The notes below the pieces were generated by a model. That model was not told where the DNA came from and ran no database searches. It worked only from the letters and a program-made list of their open reading frames with translations. The position numbers and the translations under genes were made by a program. From the NCBI GenBank assembly GCA_963661295.1, contig CAVLBI010000081.1:1-49009 (forward strand): a stretch of DNA of 49,009 nt, given 5' to 3'. Positions 7,974 to 15,960 of this stretch are shown in pieces. Positions within the stretch are counted from its first letter, which is position 1, and each line of letters starts with the position of its first letter. The stretch is from a bacterium. Its GTDB lineage: Bacteria; Bacillota_I; Bacilli_A; RF39; UBA660.

Positions 7974-8969
7974 TTATTGGTCTTCTTCTAATAATTTTAT
8001 ATTTTCTAAAAGTATTCCAGTTCCTTCAGCAACACAAGTTAATGGTGTTTCTGCAATAAGAACAGGTATTGTTAATTCTTCTTCTAATAATTCCACAAGT
8101 CCTGTTAATTTTGCTCCTCCACCTGTTAATATTACTCCTTTTTCCACAATATCTGCGGATAATTCTGGAGGTGTTTGTTCAAGAACATTTTTTGTAGCTT
8201 TAATTATTCTTGATAAACTATCTTTTAATGCTTCTTGCGTTTCATCTTGTGTTAATTCTATTGAATCAGGTAATCCTGTAATAAGATTTCTACCTTTTAC
8301 TGTTAATTTTTCTTTTTTATTTGGATTATGTACGTTTGCAAAGTTTATTTTTATATCTTCAGCTGTTTTATCACCTATTAATAATTTATATTTACTTCTA
8401 ATATATTTTACTATATCTTGATCAAATACATTGCCTGCAATTCTTACTGATGATGATGAAACTATTCCATTCATTGAAAGAATCGCAATATCTGTTGTTC
8501 CGCCACCAATATCTAAAACCATATTTGCAGTTGGCTTTGATATATCCATTCCTGCACCAATAGCAGCTACTTTTGGTTCTTCTTCTATATAGACTTTTCT
8601 AGCACCAGTTCTCTCAGCTGCTTCTCTGATAGCATTTTTTTCTACAGGAGTTATATTTGTTGGACAACAAATAAGTATTCTTGGTCTTGAAAATAAACTT
8701 CTAGCTTTAATTTTGTTTATAAAATGATTAAGCATTATTTCTGTTAATTCAAAATCTGCAATTACTCCATCTTTCATTGGTTTTATAGCTTTTAATTTTT
8801 CTGGTGTTTTTCCATACATTTCACTTGCTTCTTCACCTACGGCTATTACTTTATTTGTTTCGGTATCAACAACTACTACACTTGGCTCATTTAAAACAAT
8901 TCCACGACCTTTTATATATATTAAAACATTTGCTGTTCCTAAATCTATTCCAATATCTTTTGCTAGCAT
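7974..8969 (-). CDS. mreB: Rod-shape determining actin homologue MreB/Mbl
   Basis: MLAKDIGIDLGTANVLIY, DIGGGTTDIA and LTGGGA motifs. ATG 8969 has better spacing from AGGAAGGA than ATG 8978. Confidence 0.93.
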   Translation of the reverse strand: MLAKDIGIDLGTANVLIYIKGRGIVLNEPSVVVVDTETNKVIAVGEEASEMYGKTPEKLKAIKPMKDGVIADFELTEIMLNHFINKIKARSLFSRPRILICCPTNITPVEKNAIREAAERTGARKVYIEEEPKVAAIGAGMDISKPTANMVLDIGGGTTDIAILSMNGIVSSSSVRIAGNVFDQDIVKYIRSKYKLLIGDKTAEDIKINFANVHNPNKKEKLTVKGRNLITGLPDSIELTQDETQEALKDSLSRIIKATKNVLEQTPPELSADIVEKGVILTGGGAKLTGLVELLEEELTIPVLIAETPLTCVAEGTGILLENIKLLEEDQ

Positions 8970-9062
8970 ATCCTTCATTCCTTCCTTTAATATTTTACCA
9001 CATAATTTAATTTATTATTTATTATATTACAATTAAATAAAAAAAAGAAGAAATATTTTCTT

Positions 9063-9671
9063 CTAATTGTCAACTTCCTTATTTAAATAGTTTGTTGGGT
9101 TTACACTTGAACCATTTTCATATATTTCAAAATGCAAGTGATTACCAATTTCCTTGTCTAATTCATTTGTTCCACTTTTTCCAATTACTTGACCTTGTTT
9201 TACTTTATCATTTTTCTGTACTGTTATTTCACTTAGACTTTGATAACTTGTAATTAGTTCATTATCATGTTTTACTTCTATAACTTTTCCTAATAATTCA
9301 TCTTCTTTTACAGTAACTACTGTTCCATCAAGGACTGATACAACATCAAATGTATTTGTACTTATATAATCAATTCCTGTATTTTGAATATATGTATTTT
9401 CGTATACTGTAATTGACTTTTCTTGTTCTGTTGCTTCACCTTTATAATCATAATATGATTTTGATATTGTAACTGATGCATCAGTATAGGGATTAATCAT
9501 CTTTTTAGTTTCATTAATAACTGGTACTGTATCACTTATAGTATCATTTGTTACTAAGTCATTTGTTTTTTTCATTGATTCTTTACTAAATATAATTATC
9601 GTTAGAACTGGTATTAGAACAAGTATTGCTACTATTATAGGAAGCTTTTTTAATTTTACCTTTCTTTGCAT
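9063..9671 (-). CDS. spoIIQ: Stage II sporulation protein Q (degenerate LytM/M23 domain, N-terminal TM anchor)
   Basis: Very close pattern match to my recollection of B. subtilis SpoIIQ: GIDY..FDVVSVLDGTVV..VIEVKHDNELITSYQSLSE..DKVKQGQVIGKSGTNE..GNHLHFEI. The first His of the HxxxD motif is replaced (NTGID), as in Bacillus SpoIIQ. Single N-terminal TM. GAGGTG RBS. Confidence 0.8.
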   Translation of the reverse strand: MQRKVKLKKLPIIVAILVLIPVLTIIIFSKESMKKTNDLVTNDTISDTVPVINETKKMINPYTDASVTISKSYYDYKGEATEQEKSITVYENTYIQNTGIDYISTNTFDVVSVLDGTVVTVKEDELLGKVIEVKHDNELITSYQSLSEITVQKNDKVKQGQVIGKSGTNELDKEIGNHLHFEIYENGSSVNPTNYLNKEVDN

Positions 9672-9733
9672 TTTTTCACCTCAGTATAAGTTTTTACAAA
9701 AAAAAGAAGATTATACATATTTTATAAATCTTC

Positions 9734-9931
9734 TTATACTATTTTTACTGTTGTGAATATATCAAATATAAAGTTTGTTATTAAATAAATCATTGATATT
9801 CCTAAAAGAAAATAAAAAATTCTTGCTTGTAAGATTTTGTTTTTTTTAAATATTCCATTTATATTTACTGAGTCCATGGCCCATATCACTAGTATTGTTA
9901 CTAAACAATATATAAAGAACTTTATACTCAT
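9734..9931 (-). CDS. Small two-TM membrane protein, DUF1146 (YwzB-like)
   Basis: 65 aa with two hydrophobic helices and a KKNKILQARIFY linker. The start overlaps the rpiB stop (TAATG). Its neighbourhood matches that of B. subtilis ywzB. Confidence 0.55.
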   Translation of the reverse strand: MSIKFFIYCLVTILVIWAMDSVNINGIFKKNKILQARIFYFLLGISMIYLITNFIFDIFTTVKIV

Positions 9932-10374
9932 TAATGGTCCTCCTCATATTCTGTTATTTTGTCAACTCTTCTATGATGTTTTTCTTCTTGTGAGAATGGT
10001 GTACTTATAAAATTTATAACTATTTGAAAAGCTTCTTCTAAAGGAGTCTTTTCTCCGAAAGCAACTATATTTGAATTATTATCATTTCTTGTTACTTTCG
10101 CTTCTTCTTTTGTTGAGACTTTGGCGCATCTAACTCCTTTTACCTTGTTACAAGCAATACTTATTCCTATTCCTGATCCACAAATTGCTACTCCAAAATC
10201 CACTTTTTTATCTCGAACATTTTCTCCTAATTTAAAAGCATAATCTGGATAATCAGTTGATACTTCACTATCTGTTCCATAATCTTCTACTTCAAAATTT
10301 CTTCTTGCTAATTCGTTTTTTAATTGTTCTTTTAATTTATAACCTCTATGATCACTGGCAATTCCTATTTTCAT
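9931..10374 (-). CDS. rpiB: Ribose-5-phosphate isomerase B
   Basis: MKIGIASDHRGYKLKE.., CGSGIGISIACNKVKGVRCA. ATG 10374 is preceded by GGAGGG. The 23 upstream codons in the ORF track are spurious. Confidence 0.9.
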   Translation of the reverse strand: MKIGIASDHRGYKLKEQLKNELARRNFEVEDYGTDSEVSTDYPDYAFKLGENVRDKKVDFGVAICGSGIGISIACNKVKGVRCAKVSTKEEAKVTRNDNNSNIVAFGEKTPLEEAFQIVINFISTPFSQEEKHHRRVDKITEYEEDH

Positions 10375-10449
10375 AAACCCTCCTAAATTATAGTATATAT
10401 CTTTAGTATACACTAATTTTAAGTTTTTACAAAAATAAAACAACTGAAA

Positions 10450-10665
10450 TTATTCAGCTGCTTCTTTATCAAATCCATATTTCTTGTTGAATTTATCAAC
10501 ACGTCCTGCACGTGAAGTTCTACTTTGTTTTCCTGTATAGAATGGATGACAGTTTGAACAAACTTCTACATTAATTTCAGACTTAGTTGATTTACAAGTA
10601 AATGTATTTCCACATGCACATGTTACTGTACAATCTTTAACTTCTGGATGTATTCCCTTTTTCAT
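10450..10665 (-). CDS. rpmE: 50S ribosomal protein L31 (Zn-binding type)
   Basis: MKKGIHPE...CACGNTF...[12 protein letters not shown]. Confidence 0.97.
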   Translation of the reverse strand: MKKGIHPEVKDCTVTCACGNTFTCKSTKSEINVEVCSNCHPFYTGKQSRTSRAGRVDKFNKKYGFDKEAAE

Positions 10666-10739
10666 ATTATCTCTCCTTCCGCCATGACAAATAATTTGCC
10701 ATAGATATAAATCGCGTTATTAATATATCAAACATTTTA

Positions 10740-11426
10740 TTATTTTTCAAGTGTTTTTACAATTATTTTCTTTGATATTCTTAGATATCCCTGTAAATTT
10801 GGATAATAACTATCTTTATTTGAGAAGTATTTTTTTCTAGGTTTTAACAAATTGTAAGTATCTATGTATGTTGTATTTTTGTTTGATTGTAGGACTTTAT
10901 TTAATTCTTTTATTCCTATATTCATATAATAATCATCTTTATTAGATGCAAAATAACCTATTACTACAATTTCATTTTTATAATATTTTCTTATTTCTTT
11001 TAGTAAATTCAAATAATCTTGTTTTATTTCTTTTACTTCTTTTTTTAAATCTTGTGAATTTATATTTTCAGTTATGTTTATCTTATATATCAAATCATTA
11101 TACCCTACTGTTAAAATTAAAATATTTGCTGAACTTAAATCTTTCTTTAAATTATTGTTTTCTTTTAATTCTTGTAGTAGTGAAGATATTGTAAGGTCTT
11201 TTTTTGAATATTGATCATTTTTAATAACGGTTTCTTTTTTCTTTAAAATATAATCTTTATAGAAATCTATATATGATGGGCCTTTTATTCCATATGAATC
11301 AATTCCAAGTGATAGGTTGTCTCCTAATGATAGTATTGTATATTTACTATCTTTTGTTTTTATATATATAAAGAGAACTGATATTATTACGAATATTAGA
11401 AATAGTAATTTAAGAAGTTTTTTCAT
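10740..11426 (-). CDS. Secreted or anchored SGNH/GDSL-fold protein with substituted catalytic residues
   Basis: N-terminal signal/anchor. Block I reads LGDNLSLG (Asn where the GDS Ser is expected), block III VGYNDL is intact, and block V reads DSYYPNLQGY (Tyr where the DxxH His is expected). Confidence 0.55.
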   Translation of the reverse strand: MKKLLKLLFLIFVIISVLFIYIKTKDSKYTILSLGDNLSLGIDSYGIKGPSYIDFYKDYILKKKETVIKNDQYSKKDLTISSLLQELKENNNLKKDLSSANILILTVGYNDLIYKINITENINSQDLKKEVKEIKQDYLNLLKEIRKYYKNEIVVIGYFASNKDDYYMNIGIKELNKVLQSNKNTTYIDTYNLLKPRKKYFSNKDSYYPNLQGYLRISKKIIVKTLEK

Positions 11427-11474
11427 TATTCCTCCAAAAAAAGAAATATAATTATTATACTTCTTTGTTATTTA

Positions 11475-12728
11475 TTATATTTCTTTTATTCTTATTTTAG
11501 CACCTACATTTGTTAATTTATCTACTATATTTTCATATCCTCTTAATATGTGTTCTATATTAGTTATTGTTGTTGTTCCTTGGGCTGTTAATGCTGCGGC
11601 TACCATTGCTGCTCCGGCTCTTAGGTCTGTTGCAACTACTTGGCAACCTTTTAAATCACTTTTTCCAATTATTGTTGCAGTTTGATTTTTTACAGTTATA
11701 TCTGCACCTAAATCATTTAAGTATGGAACGTGCATAAATCTGTTTTCAAATATTGTTTCTGTTGTCTTACTTTTTCCATTACATTGTGTTTGTAATACTG
11801 TGAATGGTTGTTGTAAGTCTGTTGGGAATCCTGGGTAAACTGCTGTCTTTATACTTGTTGCTCTTTTATTACCTTGATTTGATACGATTACATAGTCCTG
11901 ACCAATTTCTAATTCTACTCCCATTTCTTCTAGCTTTGATAATAATGAATCAACGTGTTCTGGTATTACATTGTCTACTTTAAGTGGTGTTCCACATAAT
12001 GCTCCAATTATAATATAAGTTCCTGCTTCAATTCTATCTGGAATTACTTCATGGAAACACTTATGTAAATAATCTACTCCTTCAATTTTTATTGTTGAAG
12101 TACCCGCTCCTGTTATTTTTGCTCCCATATTATTTAAGAATGTAGCTACGTTTACTATTTCTGGTTCTTTAGCTGCATTATCAATAATTGTTTTTCCTTT
12201 TGCTTTTACTGCGGCTAACATAATATTTATTGTTGCACCTACTGATGCTATATCTAAGTAAATGTTTGCTCCATGTAATTCTTCTGCTTCTACAATGTAC
12301 TTGTTTTTCTCACTAGTTACTTTTGCACCTAAAGCCTCAAAACCTTTTAAGTGTAAGTCAACTGGTCTTGCGCCTATTGAACATCCTCCTGGAAAATACA
12401 TAACTGCCTTTTTATATTTACCTAATAGTGCTCCCATAAAATAATATGATGCTCTTAATTTCTTTGAAAATTCTTCTTTTATTTCCATGTTTTTCATATT
12501 TTCAGGATTAATAATTATACTTTCACTGGCTCTTTTTACATCAACATTTAATTCTTTTAAAATTTCACATAGTGCTTCTGTATCTGTAATTTCAGGTATA
12601 TTACAAATTGTAGCTTCTTCATCTGTTAATATTGCTGCTGGAATTAAGGCAACGGTCGCATTTTTTGCACCACTTATTCTAATTGTTCCAGAAAGTTCCT
12701 TTCCACCTTCTATTTCCATAATTTTCAT
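11475..12728 (-). CDS. murA: UDP-N-acetylglucosamine 1-carboxyvinyltransferase
   Basis: Full-length MurA. The active-site loop GGCSIGARPVDLH has the Cys present. ATG 12728 follows GGAGGAAAA. Confidence 0.96.
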   Translation of the reverse strand: MKIMEIEGGKELSGTIRISGAKNATVALIPAAILTDEEATICNIPEITDTEALCEILKELNVDVKRASESIIINPENMKNMEIKEEFSKKLRASYYFMGALLGKYKKAVMYFPGGCSIGARPVDLHLKGFEALGAKVTSEKNKYIVEAEELHGANIYLDIASVGATINIMLAAVKAKGKTIIDNAAKEPEIVNVATFLNNMGAKITGAGTSTIKIEGVDYLHKCFHEVIPDRIEAGTYIIIGALCGTPLKVDNVIPEHVDSLLSKLEEMGVELEIGQDYVIVSNQGNKRATSIKTAVYPGFPTDLQQPFTVLQTQCNGKSKTTETIFENRFMHVPYLNDLGADITVKNQTATIIGKSDLKGCQVVATDLRAGAAMVAAALTAQGTTTITNIEHILRGYENIVDKLTNVGAKIRIKEI

Positions 12729-12857
12729 AGATTTTCCTCCACTCAAAACTTATATTTTTTATTATTTAAATAATATTCTTCTTTTTTCTCAATCTTATAA
12801 TAAGTAATATAGTTTTTTTTGTCAATTAAATAAGATAAAACCTGTAAAATTTAACGT

Positions 12858-12892
12858 AAAATAAAATATATAAGAGTTTGTTCTTATATATT
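12858..12892 (-). terminator. Intrinsic terminator after spoIIR
   Basis: Minus-strand RNA AUAUAUAAGA-acaaac-UCUUAUAUAU followed by a U-rich tract. Confidence 0.5.
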
Positions 12893-12908
12893 CTATTCTA
12901 ATTGATTA

Positions 12909-13412
12909 TTAAAAATACTTATCTAGAGTTTCTTTAATTAAAGATGTATATTGAATATTTTCTTCATCAATATTACATAGTGGTGGGAAGAGAATGCACC
13001 AGAAATTTCTTCCTTTTCCATCACCTAAAGTAATTACAAGGGACTCATATTCTCCTTCTTCATAAACTATATTTTTATATTCTTTTCTAGGAAAATAATT
13101 CTTTCCATAGTTAATGTTGAAGGTATTATTATAATTATTTTCTTTAAGAGTTTTATCCACAATTTCTGTGAATTTTGGTAATTCTTTTTTTATAAATGTA
13201 CGAGTCTCAGTAATTGTTGATAAATTATTTGTTTCCACAATTTCTGTTCCTAAGTTTTGTAATATTTGTTTTTTTATTGTTTGGTCTATGTTGGTATTAC
13301 TATTAGCTATTATTCTAAAGCGAATTGATTCTTTTGGAACAATTACTTTCTCTTCTTTATTTATACATAAAATCATTATAAGTACTGATAATACTATTAT
13401 TAATTTTTTAAT
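12909..13412 (-). CDS. spoIIR: Stage II sporulation protein R, probably starting at a non-canonical ATT
   Basis: IRFRIIANSNT..DQ..K and RNFWCILFPPLC are SpoIIR hallmarks. The first ATG (13376) would remove the signal peptide. The in-frame ATT at 13412..13410 lies 7 nt after GTGAGG and gives (M)KKLIIVLSVLIMILC. Confidence 0.8.
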   Translation of the reverse strand: MKKLIIVLSVLIMILCINKEEKVIVPKESIRFRIIANSNTNIDQTIKKQILQNLGTEIVETNNLSTITETRTFIKKELPKFTEIVDKTLKENNYNNTFNINYGKNYFPRKEYKNIVYEEGEYESLVITLGDGKGRNFWCILFPPLCNIDEENIQYTSLIKETLDKYF

Positions 13413-13415
13413 ATT

Positions 13416-13455
13416 AAAACCTCACTTTCATCTTTCATAATAATAGTGAGGTTTT
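13416..13455 (-). terminator. Hairpin between prmC and spoIIR (10-bp stem AAAACCTCAC/GTGAGGTTTT, 20-nt loop); the 3' arm contains the spoIIR Shine-Dalgarno
   Basis: Arms at 13416..13425 and 13446..13455 checked by hand. On the minus-strand RNA the stem is followed by UUUUAAUAUU. Confidence 0.5.
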
Positions 13456-13465
13456 TATTAGATTT

Positions 13466-14290
13466 TTATTCAATATTTTTAAAAATAAATAACATTCTAT
13501 CTTTTCCTGATAAATCTTTTTTTATTTCTAATTTTATATTACTTAAATATTCTTTAGCAAGTAGCTCTATATCATTAGCTTGTGTATAACCAATTTCAAA
13601 AGCAATTATTGCTTTTTCTTTTAAGTTTTTATCTATATCTTTTAGTATTTTTTTATAACAATCTAGTCCATCTTCACCTGCGTATAAAGCAAGATGTGGT
13701 TCATTATTTTTTACAATGCTTTCTATTTCTTCATTTGTTTTTATGTATGGTGGATTACTTATTATAATATCATACTTTTTATTTATTCCTTGTAGAAAAT
13801 CATTTTGTATTAAATTGGCATTTGATTCTAACATTTTTTTATTATTTTCAGTAACTATAAGTGCATCTTTACTAATATCTACTAAATCCACAGAATTTGT
13901 TGATAACTTTTTTTCTAGTGTTAAACCAATTACTCCACTTCCACAGCCTAAGTCTATTATATCCACAGGTTGTGTGAAATACTTCTTTGCATATTCTACT
14001 GTGTTTTCTACAAGTTCTTCTGTTTCAAATCTAGGAATTAGTACATTTTCATTTATATAAAACTTTTCTCCATAAAAATTTACATATCCTTGAACATATT
14101 GAAGTGGTTTGCCTTCTTCTAGAGCAAGTATTTCTTTTTTATATTTTTCAACAATATCTGTTGAAACTGGCTCTTCTAAATAATTTAAAAGTTCTAATGG
14201 ATTTTTATTTAAATCTTCCGCTAAAAGTATCTTTGCATGGTCTGAATGAACATGACTTTTTCCAAGGCAAAGTAACTCTTCAACAGTCAT
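13466..14290 (-). CDS. prmC: Release factor glutamine N5-methyltransferase
   Basis: DLGCGSGVIG SAM motif and NPPY (IISNPPYI). The start overlaps the prfA stop (ATGA). Confidence 0.93.
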   Translation of the reverse strand: MTVEELLCLGKSHVHSDHAKILLAEDLNKNPLELLNYLEEPVSTDIVEKYKKEILALEEGKPLQYVQGYVNFYGEKFYINENVLIPRFETEELVENTVEYAKKYFTQPVDIIDLGCGSGVIGLTLEKKLSTNSVDLVDISKDALIVTENNKKMLESNANLIQNDFLQGINKKYDIIISNPPYIKTNEEIESIVKNNEPHLALYAGEDGLDCYKKILKDIDKNLKEKAIIAFEIGYTQANDIELLAKEYLSNIKLEIKKDLSGKDRMLFIFKNIE

Positions 14291-15351
14291 TATTCTTCTC
14301 CTTGAAGCTTTCTTTTTTGGTCTTCTTGAATTAGTGCGTTTAGTAAGTCTTCCAAGTCACCATCCATTACTCTGTCTAGATTTTTTGTTGTATATCCAAT
14401 TCTATGATCAGTTACTCTGTTTTGTGGATAGTTGTAAGTTCTTATTTTTTCTGCTCTATCTCCAGTACCTATTTTACTACGTCTTTCTTTTCCTTCTTTT
14501 TCTGCCTTTTCTTGTTCTTGCATTTCATATAGTCTTGACTTAAGTACTTTCATGGCTTGTTCTTTATTTTGAATTTGACTTCTTTCATTTTGACAAGTTA
14601 CAACTGTATTTGTTGGTAGATGGGTAATTCTTACTGCTGAGTCTGTTGTATTTACTCCTTGTCCACCGCATCCACTAGAACGATAGATATCAATTCTTAA
14701 ATCATTAGGATTGATTTCTATTTCTATATCTTCATCTGCTTCTGGCATTACAAGTACTGTAGCAGTTGATGTTTGTAGTCTACCGTTTGATTCTGTAACT
14801 GGTACCCTTTGAACTCTGTGTGAACCAGATTCATATTTTAATAATGAATATGCACCTTTTCCTTTTACAATAAACTCTATTTGACTAAATCCACCAGCAG
14901 TTCCGTCTATTGAGTTATATACTTGATAGGAGAAGCCTTTCTTTTCAGCATATCTTGTATACATTCTAAATAGGTCTCCTGCGAATATATTAGCTTCATC
15001 GCCACCAGCAGCACCACGAATTTCTATGATAACATTTTTCTCATCGTTAGGATCTTTAGGAATTAATAGAATTTCAAGTTCTCCATCTAGTTTTTCTTTT
15101 TCTGATTCTAGTTCTTTTAATTCTTCTTTTGCCATTTCTCCTAATTCAGGATCTTTTACCATCTCTTTTGTACTTTCAATATCTTCTAGTACTTTTTTAT
15201 ATTTTTTATAACATACAACTATGTCTTCTAGAGATGACATTTCTTTTGAATATTCACGTGTCTTTTTAACGTCACTTAATACTTCTGGTTTTGTTAGTTC
15301 TTGTTCTAACTCATTATATTTTTGAAGTGTTGTTTCTAAACGTTCTATCAT
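14290..15351 (-). CDS. prfA: Peptide chain release factor 1
   Basis: SGCGGQGVNTTDSAVRITHLPT (GGQ) and RVQRVPVTES (PxT). Confidence 0.97.
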   Translation of the reverse strand: MIERLETTLQKYNELEQELTKPEVLSDVKKTREYSKEMSSLEDIVVCYKKYKKVLEDIESTKEMVKDPELGEMAKEELKELESEKEKLDGELEILLIPKDPNDEKNVIIEIRGAAGGDEANIFAGDLFRMYTRYAEKKGFSYQVYNSIDGTAGGFSQIEFIVKGKGAYSLLKYESGSHRVQRVPVTESNGRLQTSTATVLVMPEADEDIEIEINPNDLRIDIYRSSGCGGQGVNTTDSAVRITHLPTNTVVTCQNERSQIQNKEQAMKVLKSRLYEMQEQEKAEKEGKERRSKIGTGDRAEKIRTYNYPQNRVTDHRIGYTTKNLDRVMDGDLEDLLNALIQEDQKRKLQGEE

Positions 15352-15416
15352 ATTTTCACCTAATCTTTCGTAAATCAGTCCTATTATATCATACTTTTTT
15401 AATGAAAAAAACTAGA

Positions 15417-15866
15417 TTATTGTTCTAGTTCTAATTCATCCTCGTCTATAACTACTAAATCTTTTAATTCTTCATTAGTATCATCGTCATAGTCTGAGTC
15501 ATCATCTGTATCATCATAATTATCTTCATTGTCTTGAATATCTTCAATTTTTTCTTCTTCTGTTTCTTCATCTTCGTCATCATCATCGTCGTCTGTAGAT
15601 ATTTTTACAACCTTATCTGATGTATGATTACTTCTTAAATCCCATTTACCATTATCTAATAAGATAAATCTCTTATCAGTTGCTAATGCTGTATAGAAAT
15701 CTGCGATTTTAGCTTCAAATGTACTTTCAGGTAATTCTAATAATTTAATGATTTTTTTAAATAACTCTGCTGTATTTAAATTTCTTTTGCTATCTTCTAA
15801 TATCATAGCAGCAATATCTTTGTTTGAAATTAATTCTAATTCTTCTTTTTTCATTTTAATACTCAT
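15417..15866 (-). CDS. rpoE: DNA-directed RNA polymerase delta subunit
   Basis: N-terminal HARE-HTH-like domain (FYTALATDKRFILLDNGKWDLR) followed by a long poly-D/E tail. Confidence 0.88.
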   Translation of the reverse strand: MSIKMKKEELELISNKDIAAMILEDSKRNLNTAELFKKIIKLLELPESTFEAKIADFYTALATDKRFILLDNGKWDLRSNHTSDKVVKISTDDDDDDEDEETEEEKIEDIQDNEDNYDDTDDDSDYDDDTNEELKDLVVIDEDELELEQ

Positions 15867-15960
15867 AGGTAGTCCTCCTATATATTTTCTATATAAAGTA
15901 TGGTAGAAAAATTACCAATAAATTTTATAACATATATCTTTTATATTGACAATACTTTTT

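Noticed and set aside
9672-9733. Sigma-F/sigma-G type promoters upstream of spoIIQ and spoIIR.
   Set aside because: The consensus elements are short and degenerate. I could not find convincing -35/-10 pairs with correct spacing, and the spoIIQ upstream region is mostly occupied by a terminator hairpin (AGAAGATT...AATCTTCT).
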